Shown here in pieces: positions 53,101-64,000 of a stretch of DNA of 64,000 nt. The stretch is taken from the NCBI GenBank assembly GCA_030141605.1, contig JAQGDQ010000021.1, positions 372,001 to 436,000 of the forward strand, written 5' to 3'. The stretch comes from Tubiluchus corallicola. Taxonomy: Eukaryota > Animalia > Priapulida. The notes under the pieces were generated by a model, which was not told the origin of the DNA, did no database searches, and saw only the letters and a program-made list of their open reading frames with translations. Numbering within the stretch: position 1 is the stretch's first letter; each line of letters opens with the position of its first letter. The position numbers and the translations under genes were made by a program.

Positions 53101-56100
53101 AGTAAGCTATTGAGTCATTGAACATGTAAGTAAATTGTGATCAACACATTCAGCTGCTGCTGTCACTACCCAAGTTTCATTTGCATTCGTTGATACTGAG
53201 CTTGTAACTGATCATTTATTATTGCCACTTGGAACAGGAAAACCCATCAGTGAGTTTACTGGCTTTCGATTAATTTTCTCTGTCATTAACAGTTTGTTTG
53301 TTCACTTTGCCAATTACTCAACTTCAACTTCTACACATTCAGCTTGATGGGTGCGTTTATAAGTCAATCAAGTTAACTGTTAGTTGGTTATTTATTGGTA
53401 GTCATCATTACCATTTCTGTTGATGTACATTGTAGATTATTAGCACTGGAGTTGACATGTGGTAACGATGAAAGTGGTTACGAACACAGTACAACACATG
53501 CTCTATTTAGCATCAATATTTCTCTTACAGAAGCCGGTCTGAAGGCCATTCATGAGGTTTGACATAAATCAATTTTTCGGTGTACTCAAAAAGCCTTGCC
53601 TGTTTGTAATCAGTGATTTCTAGTAGATTCGTAACTGTTACTTTTACTGTATAGACAACAGAGTAAACTAGACAATACGATTGTGTCATTTAGCAAGATT
53701 TCATAGACCTGCTCGGTTTGTTAGGTTTCTGCGTAAGTGTAACATTTGGAAATCTCGATTATCAACATTTGAAATTTATTGTGGTTCTTTCAACAGTTAC
53801 ACACAGTGAGATGTTAAGAAACATTACATACAAAATAATAGACTTAAAATAAAAATGGTAAAGATTTTGTTCATGTAGTTTAAAATAAAAGTAATGAAAT
53901 ACTGTCTATTGTTTGTTGAGACTATTGTTTGTATAGTAACTATGAAGTAAGTCTACAATTATGTAAAATTTATTAATTGTTAAAAACGTTCTTGAATTTT
54001 GTTCTTTTTGTCTTTCCATCAGCAAGAAAAATTAATTGCCTGTATTTAATTTAAAATCAGAATAAGCCAGAGAAACATAGATGATTAGTTGTTACAGTCA
54101 GTTTTTTCAAATTTTCTCAATAATTGCGACTGTACTATACATCAATATCAGAATAATGCATAGACTATTTGTAGAAGTTGCATGTTAGGAGAAACACTGC
54201 TTTTCAAGGCTTATATGATACTCAGTCTTCTAAAATAACATGTTTGATAAGGAACTACTTTCTAAGTCATCAGTTACTTTCTCAGACAAGTAACTTGTGG
54301 TGGTCAGTTGTTACAATTGTACATTTTTTGTGTAACATCAACAGTAATAACGTTTTGTCATAGTTTGTGAAGAACTTATTAGAAATGGGTGTTTGTAAAC
54401 TAAAGCCTGTAATTTTTTTCATATGTTTGGTTCTGGTCTGTATATGGTTTGAGTCATGTTTTGAAGTAAAATATATCATATTGTCACAGGTCTTGAGTGT
54501 TGTATTCGAGTATTTGGAAATGCTGAAACAAGAAGGACCAAAGGAATGGCTCTTTAATGAGATGAAGAAAATAGACGATACAAGTTTCATGTTTGCTGCG
54601 GATGTATGTTACACTTTTTTGTAATTGCTTATAGGCATTACATATTATTGCCGTAATAGCACTGTATTTTCTTTTCATAAGCGTACTGATGAATATTGAC
54701 ATTGTAATTATCATCAGGGTCACCTGATGTCACTGTCAATGTGGTCATCATCACTGATTTTTACCATTATTGTCATGTTGTTATCTTTATCTATCATCAT
54801 CAGCATAGTCAACATCGTCAGCTTCATTGTCATCGTTAACATTCTCACTGTCCTTGTCATTGACATTTACTTACCAAAATTTTTTTAATTGTGCTTAGAT
54901 ATGTAACATGTAACACATTTGGCTTTCATTTAACGTTGTTTGACTTTACCGTTTTTGACCTGTATATAGATGCACTATTGTTGATTAATCCTGCCAAGTA
55001 TATTGAAGTCTTTTGATCCGTGGACTGTGATTCGATGTTTTCTATGATCATTTTGATCAAAACAGCATATTTTTACTTGATATAACTTGAACAAACTAGG
55101 TTACTTTATGAGATAAAAAATGCCATTGATAGCACATTCTGTTACCCAAATGTTTCTGCGTAAGCCTGTCAAGTTCACATGTACACTAACCGAAGTGTGT
55201 CAAAAACTAGTAATGGCATTTATTTTACAGAAAGAAACTGTAGAGGACTTAGCCATCAACATGCATTACTTCCCAGCAGAACATTTCATTACCGGAGAAA
55301 AGCTTTTCTATGAATACAGTCCCCAAGTGAGATCATTTAATTTTTACACTATGTCACTATCTGCTACTGACTGATTTTTTTTACTAGATTTCTGTAAGTA
55401 ACATTGCAAACTGTACTGTATTTTTTTACTTATTCAATGCGACACTTTCTAAGCTAGAATTCAACATTTTTTGGCAATTAGGGTTTTAATTTTGAGAACA
55501 ATCCTTAAAAATGACTTAGGTTTCTGTTCGGCCACATCCATTCAGGGTGAGTGTTAGATTCTGCTTTACAAGTTCAGAAAACATTTAAATTTTTGGTTTT
55601 CAGTTTTATTACTATTTGTTTTTGATCACACTTTACATTTTTGCAATGTAGGCCATAGATGATAACCTCAGACTCTTGACTCCAAATAGAATGAATGTCA
55701 TGCTGCTGTCTAAAACTTACGATGACATTTGTGTTTCGAAAGAACCGTGGTATGAAACGCGTTATCATCAAGAAGGTGAGTACTGTACTATTAATTTATA
55801 TTTCTGCAAATGAGAGTTTCTGTCAATTCGGGCTCATGATTTCCAGCGACATTTAAGTTCAGAGTGTGGCGGCTCATAGCTAAAATTAGCGGAGGTGCTG
55901 CTTCAGAAAATTTTTTACCTTTGCTTTAATACTGTGTAAAACAAACGAACACATGTACTTTTAATGTTGTAATTTGTAATTGTAATTTTAAACAAACAAA
56001 TGAAAGTTTAGACCTAAACTTGATAATTCCTAAACAAAAAAAAATGTCTTCTCCTTACTAATAGACCAAATTGTCGCAGTTCAAGCTTGATCCTTTCCTG

Positions 56101-59100
56101 GTAAGCACGTGACAACTGACAACAAACTGTTTGAGTGATAGTACTTTCTTTACCTGGTCGCATGGCCGCATGTGCACAACAGCCAAACACTGCATTGCTG
56201 GAGTGCGCCGTGCTGGGCTGTGAAGCGTATACACTACTACACTCATGTGCTCTGGTTCCATACAAGTATAAATAATGAGCTAAAGAAAAAAGACTTATTA
56301 CGTTGAATATTATCGATAATATCGAGTGAAAATAGGTCGTGCTGCAGTTCCACAGTACCTATACACGAGCCACCACTGAGTTCAGATGTGATATCATTAA
56401 TACATATATTTTAAGATTCAATTTCAAGTTCCTTCAGTTTTGTCTAGGATTACTAGTAATTTCTCAATTTTGCACCACATGCAGTAGATTCTAAAATATT
56501 TCACTAACATTGTAGTTTATTATTAAAAAGAACAAATGTGCAAAGCCTTCTAAGTTTTGAAATTTGACTACAAATATTAAAAATATCAAGTTTTTTTGTT
56601 AATGTAGCTGTAAAGCTGCAGTTACACTGGCCACATTTACATTAAAGTGTTGTCAAGAAAATTTGACACTCTTTTTGAAACTGATCATTCAGCAGACAAT
56701 TTACGCCATTGGTTTAGAAAATTTGAAATTTAGTGTTCTCTGGTGAGCATCGACAGCAGACAAAACTTTGTAAATTTTTCAGCAAAAATAGTAACTGTAG
56801 ATGTTGGTTATGTAAATATTATGCCAAATTTATACAAAGAAAGATTCTAAATAGTTATGTGACTTGCCTGACTGTGTTCCCAACAACTTCCCAAGTTTCA
56901 AAACATTTATATGCAAAATTTTACTCTGTGAATTCTTATTATCACCTCCTTTAGGATTAGAATATTTCTTTAATTGGCTTTAGCCATTAAAAAATATTTA
57001 ATGTTTTAGTTTGTTTATGATTTTACAGTTGAGTTTGGTAAGTTATTTTAAACCGTACGTATCAGTTTTTTGTAGATAAACAAGTAGATAATGTTTTAAA
57101 TAAAAAAATATATAATCATAATAATCGTAATGATTATAATAACAGTAACAATTAATATCATTTGTGCATCAGGTACAAACACACAAATATGCATCTTCGT
57201 TCTAATCTTCTAAGTATATATCAGAATCTTAGTGCAATCCATATTGTTATTTATTAATTATGTTTTTTCTGATTGTTTCTTGTCAATGCCAACTAATCTA
57301 GCTCAAAAATGTCAATGATTTTGTATGCTTTTCCTTTGTCGTATTTTATCTGATTGATCTGCTGACATGTTCAAGACAATTTTACCAAAAAATGCTGATG
57401 ACTTCGTAAAAACAAAAACCTAATTCCACATAAAGTTATTCCGTAATATTTGTATTTGCTATTTGATAACACCTAACATTTTTGAGTGAGCACAGGTGAC
57501 AGGGCAACTAAATATTGTTGTATTTATTCAGATTTTGCCACAGAGTGGTTGGATAAATGGAGTCACATTAAACCTCGTTCAGAATTACACCTGCCAGCAC
57601 CTAACAAATACATCGCGGAAGATTTTAATATTAAACAACCAGACTCTGAACTGACTAAGGTATTGACACTGTCTCAGTTTATTACAACACGCAACAAGTT
57701 GTGATTCTAACAAATTTATTCTGTGTCTACTGTTTACCTTATCATTGCAATTCTTGCCCAGGTATTATAAAGTAGGTTTTTTGTAGATCTTAACATGTCT
57801 TTTGTGCAGCTTTCATTAAATCATGAATCATTGTGTTAATCACTTGACTAACTAGAATGTAATTTGTATAACCAGTGATTTAGGATATAAATAGTACAGA
57901 GAGCTTTTATCTTTAAAAGAGGTCTAGTGAGTTGTTGCGGCATTAGCTTTATTTGCTTTCAACTTTGCTGTTTTATACCCTTTTTAAATTAAATTGTAAA
58001 TGTTCTGCCTTTGTGCTTGTCAGTTGATTAAATTATTCAGTCAGTTCCATTATCTTGGTATCTGATGTTAAAATAAATTGGTGATATATTAGATATCAGT
58101 AATGCAAACTAAAATTATTTTCTTGTGAACGAAATGTGTACATCTCTCCTTTTGCGATGTTTTAATTCTGGCTTCATTTAGTGCCACACGTGAAAAACAA
58201 GTAATATGTCTTAGTTAATCAGTTACAAAGTATCTCAAAGTTGATACTGTTGATTATAGATATATTGACAGAGAGCTTTTAGTCAAGATTGCCCTCCCTA
58301 TTCTTAACAACTAAAATGCCTATTTTTTCTATAAAGAGGTAAACACAAATTTTGCTTATTCCCTCTTGGCACCTTATAATTTAATCTTTAATTAATAACA
58401 ATCTGTTTTCAATTTTATCAGCAAATTAGTTTATATTTCTAACAATACATTTTTTTTTAGTATCCAGTGAAAATAATTGATGACAAATACTCACGGCTGT
58501 GGTATAAGAAGGATGTTAGATTCAAGATACCGAAAGGTTACGTTCAGTTCATTTTGGCTTCAAGTATTGTAAATAAAACTCCACTTCAGTAAGTATTAAA
58601 CCTTTTTCAGTTACTTCTTTGGGTGAGAATAGAGTTTAAAGGATTAGGAAACCAGTTTAGTGCTCAATCTTGAAAATACTGGTGCCTACTGAAAAGGACA
58701 AAAAATACCCTTTTACAGCTTCTGAAAGAAGCGTGATATTTTTCAAGACTAATATGAAATATTCGGTGACATCATTCAGATATCACACATATTTATCATT
58801 GTATTATAGTAAAAAATTTCTGATGAGCTCTTATTGCAATTTAAACTCAGATTTTAGTCGGTCAGTTCAAGGAGACATTTTGTATGGTTTTACCTTTGTT
58901 TTGCTGTGTGCACTGTTATTACTGTCATTTATTTTGCAAAATGCTGTAGCTTTTACCAATTTTGTTACAGTTACACATGTTTGGCTCTGCTCGTCAAAAT
59001 ACTGGACTATAATCTCAGTGAAATATCTTATGACGCTTATGTAGCTAACCTTTCGTAAGTATTTTTTACACCATGATTTATTGTTTTTGTCTTAAATTAA

Positions 59101-62100
59101 CAATATCATGCATAATTTTTCCTTATTGTATTTTTTATGTTGCAGACATGCTTATTTTAAGATTGCATTTTTGTTTTTGGTCACTCGCTTGTGTAGTAAC
59201 TTTAAAACTGTTTTCTTTCACTGTGATGTTGACATCATTTCCCTTTGCGTAACATGTTTTTGCCGTTCTGCTGTGTGCAGTCAGTTTTTGTTGTTCTTGA
59301 TCATCTAAGATATTTTTTGTTTGTCTCAGCTATGCATGTGTTTCACATGCATGACGTCGCCCGCTTGCGAAGCAACCTGTTATAAAGAGATCTGTTCAGT
59401 AGCCACAAACATAATTTGCTAAAATCAAACAGTCAGCAGCTCCTGTTCTGTACATGGGAAACTATAGCAAACGAGTAACCGAATACTTCACATTCTAAGC
59501 TAGTTAACGTACTGCCTGGTAATTTCTTAGCTTATGAAGAGAGTCATGCTGTGTGTTTAATAGATAGTTAACAAAATTAGGCAGTGTGTTGCACCTGGTC
59601 AGTAATTGATAGCTTTTGTGGTGCATCATCTCCCATATACAGCTGTTTATCTTAAAGGAGATGCTATACACTCCCAAACAAGGCCAAGACAACTTTCTGC
59701 CAGTCGAGTAGGTCTCATCTTGTCTTTAATAGATAGCTATGTTCTGAACCTGGCACATTCTGACCTTGCTACATTGTGGTCCTGCCACATTCTGGTCCTG
59801 CCCCATTCAGGTCTTGCCACATTTTAATCTGGCCACATTCTGATCCTGCCACATTACGATCGTGCGACATTCTGATCCTGCCACATTCTGGTCCTGCCAC
59901 ATTCTGATCTTGCCACATTTTGATTGTGCAACATTCTGGTCCTGCCATAATAAATAGCTTTAAATAACATATAGCTTTCAACATGTAACAGTGAAATAAA
60001 TATGTAGCTCAGTCAGCTACTTAGTTTATTTATCTGCTATTTAGTCAGTTAATTGATCAACAACCATTTACCTAGTTGAAAATTCACCTTTATCAGTTAA
60101 GCAAGTTGAAGTAACTGATTATTAAATTTTTATTAATGTGATGGCTACTTTTTCCACAGTGAAATGTTTCTTTATAATTCATTCTAGTTTGTTTTGTCGT
60201 GTGAAATATTGACAACTGTTTCCTCGGTAAAATAATTTATTTAACTGGTTAACAGTTCTCTTGTTTGTGTTTTGACCTGACTGCTTAACTGCACATTTAT
60301 GAAAATGTTCAGCATTTTTCAGATGCTTGCTGAAAGGCTGTTCTAAAGGCCTGCTGCTTAAAGTCAATGGCTACAATGACAAATTGCCTGTAAGTGTGAA
60401 TAGTTACTTAATTTTTTTTGAAAATGAATGAAATTCAATGGGAAACATCACAGTCCATTGTCACCATGTCTCTGTCTTGCCAGACTTTTAACCTTCCCAA
60501 ATACATCTGTAATTATTGTACTTCTGTAATTTTTTGCATTACATTGTAAAGAACACTTTCTCGGTTTGGTAAAGAAATGGTGATCTAAGAAAATTTGTTT
60601 ATTTAAGTAGTACAGAAAAAGTGAAGTAGTGTTTTGGTTGAAAGTTCATTCATTTAATATCACATGTAAGTTCATCTAAAATTACTTGATTACAACCGGA
60701 ACATATATCTCTGTACTAACAATGGTTAAACATTTTGTCTACTATTTGTAGGCACTGTTTCAAACAGTTGTCGATAGCATAGCAGACTTCCAGTGCAGCC
60801 AGGAACTTTTCACAGCTATAAAAGATCAACTGCGCAGGGCATACTATAACCTCATGGTTAAACCTAGCAGATTGTGCAGGTATTAAAATTAACTGGATAA
60901 ATTTCATCTATCTTTCTACTAATTTTTGTTTCTTTTTTAACAATATTAAGAACATATTTCAAACGTAAATGGTTCTTTCTAGGAGAGGCTACGATAAACC
61001 TACTTGTCATTATTGAATGGAAAAATTTTTCTCCTTCTGGATGAATAATCCAAATTTAGCCTATTGAATATTGAACTGCAGCTACTAATAGTTGTTTTTC
61101 TTCATAGGGAATTGAGATTGATGTTGCTGGAGCATGTACATTGGACACCTGCTGAGTCTCTATCTGTTTTGGACGATATTACAGTGGAAATATTGATGTC
61201 CTTCCTTCACAATTTCAAGAATACATTGTTCATTGAGGGATTTGTACACGGAAATTTTACATCGGATGTAATTCGTTTTATAACTATGTTATTGCTCCAG
61301 ATATATCCTGTCCATTTGTGTCCACTGTATTTTCTTCCAATGTTTCCTGTGACTATGCTGGACGCAGTGTCCTTCTATTTTGTAGCAAAATTTATTAACA
61401 TTTTATTTTTAAGTTTAACAGTAGGTTTTCATAAAGTCTTTATATTTGTAGGAAGCACGCACATTTGAAGCTGTGCTCAGGAAGAACCTTTGTTCTAGTC
61501 CTTTGCTACCTATTGTCTATCCGGAAACTCGTGTTGTTGCACTTCCAGAAGAGGACAGAACACTTGCTGTGGAAAATTTTGGTACGGCTGATGGAGATGT
61601 GAATACAGTTGTGACAAATTACTATCAGCATGGACCGGGAGATCTGCGGAGCTTATGTGAATTGGAACTCTTAAATGTTTGTTTATGTTTGAAACTTTTC
61701 TAAATATTTGTACTGCAAACCAAAATCCAGCATACTTATTGTTATTTATTAATGATTGAGGCGACAAAATCCATGTCATTATCACACTCAAACCTCTAGT
61801 GTGAGACTCTGAACTGGCTGATGTGTCTTAACTGTGTTTGTATGTATATTACAGTCTTTCCTAGCCTCATTGCTGTTTAACTGTTACAGCAAAGTACCAA
61901 TGCTGTAATTTCTCAGCTCACCCTCTTTTTAAGGCAAAGTAATATCAGGACAATGTTGTGCTTATTAAAAAATGTTACAAATTTTGCAAAAACAGCTTGT
62001 TTTTGCATTTTTGTGTATTTGTGATTAGGTCAGAATTAATCTCATCTTTAAGTGCAGTTACACTGCAGGCTGTTTTGCATTTACGTGCAGCAAAAATGCT

Positions 62101-63690
62101 TACCGTAAGCTCATTATATTTCATATTGGATTTAATTCTTTACATTTCTGAAGCCTGTACTGTACAAACCAAGTCATGTGATAAAACCGTGATAAATAAT
62201 ATACATCTTGTGCTATTTTCACTGGAACTTTCTACGTACAAGCCTTTTGGCACTCTATTTGTGGTAAAGGCAGAAATAGGATCGGTTCCTAAGCCCTATT
62301 TTAATCAATTATGCATCATTAATATTTTTATGATTTCAGCATTACATGGAAGAGCCTTGTTTTGACTGCTTAAGAAGTAAAGAGCAGTTGGGATATGATG
62401 TATACAATGAGTACAGCTACACAAGTGGAATCATTGGTTTTCTGCTGTGCATTGAGACACAAGCTGAGAAGTACAGGTAGTTGAAAGAACTAATTTTTTT
62501 TGAGTGGGAATAGTATTTCAGTATTTGTAAGGATTGGATGCCAAACTACATTGAAATTGACAAATTTCAGACATGAATAAAATTTCAGAAAATGACAAAG
62601 CGATGTACATTGTACATGTATAATAAACTTAAGTAAATAACTGTATCACTAACAGCAGCGGCAACATTGAACAACATTTTCTTTGACAACATTTTCCTTT
62701 GCAAACTATTTTATGCCATCCATGCAGAACAGCTTTTGCCTTTCCTCAGCAGAAAATAAGTTTGTATAATTAATTTGTAAGACGGTTTAGAAAATAAGTG
62801 TTTGCTTCTTGTCTGTCTACCTTGGATACATGTTTTGGTGTTACTATATTTCTAGATTATTGCTAGGCATGACTTTGCACGTATAAAATCTTATTAGTTG
62901 TACATGTTGTAATTTCTAGAAAAATGTAAGCAGCTTGGCTCAATATTCAAACTTTGTAAAATTCATTTCTCTACTTGGTAATTTGTACATTGGTAAAGTT
63001 ATCCTTAGAGAATTCAAAAAGAGTGCACTGAGAAGTTGTTGCTTGCTTGTTGTGCTACTATCTGTATGATATTACATGCGGCCTGTGTCATTGTCACTCT
63101 GACAGGAAGGACAAAAGACATTTGCAAGTTACTTAAATACGCATTGCTGTAAGAGTTGTAGCTTCTAACTATAATTACGTATAGTTGGTCAAGCTTTCAT
63201 GATTAGCCTATTAGTTATGGAGAAGGACAAAGAAAAATAATGATAAGTAATAATAAAAAATTTGCTAACCAATGAGTAACCAACAGTAAATAATGTTTGC
63301 TAGGCTTTCAAGATAGTATGCCAAATAACTCCGTCGTAGAAGATAAATTTTCTGCTTGGAAGTCTCAGGATATATTAATGGTTGTACTAGAATGCGAATA
63401 TCCTATTTGTCACGTGTGTAATTCTAGCTGAGCTAACTTTTATAGCTACATCAGTTTTACAAGGAAAGTATTATCAAGTAAATTATTATTATTGAAACTT
63501 TTCCACTATGTTTAAAATAACCAGTGAACATTAGCAAATAATTAATAATGATGGCATTAATCCGTCAGAAAATGCATTTATCGTATATTTTATTTCCAGT
63601 GCTGAGTATGTAAACAAACGAATAGAAAACTTCTTGAGCACATTTAGACAGAGACTGAGTGATGCAAGCAACATAGAATTCGAGAAGATA
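38147..63690 (+). CDS. NRDC: Nardilysin (N-arginine dibasic convertase, M16A metallopeptidase), 26 coding exons in window, 3'-incomplete
   Basis: Exons 38147-38376, 39236-39288, 39552-39658, 40332-40409, 40607-40688, 41808-41908, 42288-42414, 42689-42907, 43717-43774, 44166-44199, 51341-51380, 51517-51586, 52642-52719, 53436-53556, 54490-54603, 55231-55326, 55652-55775, 57532-57659, 58461-58588, 58971-59054, 60323-60389, 60752-60879, 61108-61267, 61452-61676, 62340-62476, 63600-63690; phases consistent. Motifs: IKSPNDKKSYR, an acidic insertion before the active site (separates nardilysin from IDE), inverted zinc motif GLAHFLEHMVFMGSKKY, GGSTNASTDCE, DREVSSVDSEF, KFMWGN, IGHEGNGS, EEPCFDCLRSKEQLGY. 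Confidence 0.93.
45510..49361 (+). CDS. Intronless 1283-aa Ser/Lys/Thr-rich, probably disordered orphan protein nested in nardilysin intron 10 (same strand)
   Basis: 3852-nt uninterrupted ORF in AT-rich DNA, lying wholly between nardilysin exons 44166-44199 and 51341-51380, which join in frame without it. Internal repeats keep codon phase. No RT, transposase or other domain recognised. Candidate leader intron 44965-45358 and AATAAA at 49957. Confidence 0.85.
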   Translation: MLPSYTVQKRHQEMLLTLHQMPTDDEIASDECDTLPYIVAPADNIDEPELVECNEDIFDKKRTLVDRRHSTDVTVSKPLASYYHNVRRKSARLRHALPVVHIKPAPISSSPMPKSATGGSDHDELALPFVWDKPTLIITSPSPKPDTNIADDGEIKLPVVDCKPVPIVTSFLRKSYLDSADDNEAFRNSLDFKNTKPEVATVFGRRNSKRSTVEGNLSVAGKACIINEIVHVQSKSTETSHLNVNIQVSSERINENSKMVLVTKTGLRPSNLTANVQCNHVTGNNVCETSCVSETDKADTMNKINDKSKMPTSSITYSRLLPLKQAHSKSSIPKRYSDQKGRRIASLTQQMLHSSSCRICLSYAKWKLSKSRKSEATTAIQKRNFFRMSLTKHKMKGDKVRQNSTAVKDKHNADVETKVQKSKCYVKKVTSMNKKSDKHGKHQITNKQASLHFSSSENDKILRKPTSTISTIPSEKDSRNLSVADEKTIPCGDSENATRNICSKEKLLLHSKHDKVGHGGNYFSLHNCCNVSDQLLINFPRAASAMFTDNQENQKPNDARNRSTSAPQSSRISHFCANALTSVQDVRNAKTSQDCKSSNANIVKEKRTLSSSTKKIIPPINRAQTLPKPLHRAETFCEKKLVRRHTIDTVCTAASLEVSLDSIMPSSPEDAKPIIGQDYNSTTQGGHEICNQQKLVDMTPHRIAKSVSLSCCESAVWIAKAVNMSTCSEGNEPVYNLSHSSLENHESETTETTERNVSASTSSATVSSESIHQHKSNSVVHECKTENSKVINLPNWNEMASSFVLPDVNVGPYQEDKYHLENDKAAHHTKQAKVIHSGLKTDCLLLSHRELKICFTRSASSAKSVDDLPSDRQRKLSVGDKALLRQNLSCDAEPFFGSLSVLMKQDRHLTSNLSSINRSCPNLTKSSDTESSHATVLKPAAIDIKFDTTCIDKPLEGRFIQTPTVCDDVNQGETVGTAIKVTVSKPFSPDCENVHDASDNQSNSQKENLPNSEPELSSSTVTSIVPLDQASKRRSSGFTSTAPVSGLNMLPHEFYKPKETVPTEDTLKVGVQSRRRSSVYSSATPVSGLIMLPHDYYRPLETLPMDDMLNVDIESRRRSSATPVSGLILAKCEPCNLQESVPEDSPLKLAPLPAEKPKVKVHYSYLQDKSYKRINKANKRADHRGFSKLEDEEPIYEQMHVQPVALKSEATTTPKQCNRLRDHDITVAVMKMDILTPCSRVHTNNLVDTWILAVNKYIINGSIMKIDYPPLESCEILDQLPFI
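52955..53130. repeat. Degenerate (GAGT/GAAT)n tetranucleotide-like simple repeat
   Basis: Runs of tgagtgactgagtgaaatgaatgagggatgattgagt etc. Confidence 0.7.
54700..54865. repeat. Degenerate (CAT/CAC)n-like simple repeat
   Basis: Period-3 catcatcatcagcatagtcaacatcgtca... in a nardilysin intron. Confidence 0.6.
55864..56378. mobile_element. MITE-like element with degenerate CAGTGGCGGCTC-type termini
   Basis: Left GTGGCGGCTC at 55866; right CACGAGCCACCACTG at 56364-56378 (reverse complement CAGTGGTGGCTCGTG). Interior is GC-richer than the flanking intron. Confidence 0.55.
59752..59947. repeat. 16-bp minisatellite (GCCACATTCTGrTCCT), about 12 copies
   Basis: Directly visible tandem units in the nardilysin intron 59055-60322. 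Confidence 0.93.
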
Positions 63691-64000
63691 GTACGTTAGA
63701 CGCTTAGTTCTACATGCTATTTGTGATTATAAAATTCCTTCTTGATACTTTAATAAAAAAGATACTTGTGATGATGTCTACAAGGCTTAATGTTTCTTAA
63801 GTATTTATGGTACCATTTTTGTGTCAAACTGTAAATGAAACTGAATGCTTATGGGAAAACTCTAAAAGTTCATTTGAAACTGGCCTTGCAAATATTAAAA
63901 TTATTGAAGTGCATTCAAGTAATAATTTCAAAAAAATTGCTAACAATTTTAAATTTTGAAATAGAAACATAGATCATCTCCACTTATAATTACCATTTTT

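Noticed and set aside
54604-55230. Possible missing microexon at the nardilysin FAAD|KETV junction, which seems a few residues short
   Set aside because: The frame is already intact, no convincing AG-exon-GT candidate was found, and the length difference rests on recalled homologue sequence. It needs an alignment.
59281-59385. Possible duplicated or mutually exclusive nardilysin exon (SVFVVLDHLRYFLFVSAMHVFHMHDVARL, recalling DVAQL)
   Set aside because: Its acceptor is phase 0 where phase 2 is needed, there is no suitable donor and it runs into a stop. The true 84-nt exon is 58971-59054.
59752-59947. Regular short repeats superficially like a CRISPR array; ORFs 59606-59827 and 59769-59984
   Set aside because: Head-to-tail 16-bp units with no unique spacers in a eukaryotic intron: a minisatellite. 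The ORFs are by-products.

Overview
AT-rich, intron-rich animal (probably invertebrate) genomic DNA with GT-AG introns; no prokaryotic features. I assembled six protein-coding genes by hand from splice sites and reading frame. Minus strand: (1) a complete 7-exon cytosolic sulfotransferase (1015-10308); (2) an orphan polyQ/low-complexity protein of about 647 aa (14677-19157); (3) a FAM167/AARD-like coiled-coil protein with two possible C-termini (22567-26384); (4) a complete 8-exon SLC17-family anion transporter (28636-33366). Plus strand: (5) nardilysin (M16A peptidase, 26 coding exons from 38147, running off the right edge), apparently head-to-head with the SLC17 gene; (6) an intronless 1283-aa orphan ORF (45510-49361) nested on the SAME strand inside nardilysin intron 10, with two internal repeat arrays and many RRxS/T motifs. 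Gene 6 is the most unusual feature. Also present: decayed RTE- and CR1/L2-type LINE fragments, MITE- and SINE-like remnants, and mini/microsatellites. Family assignments come from recognised motifs; no database search was run.
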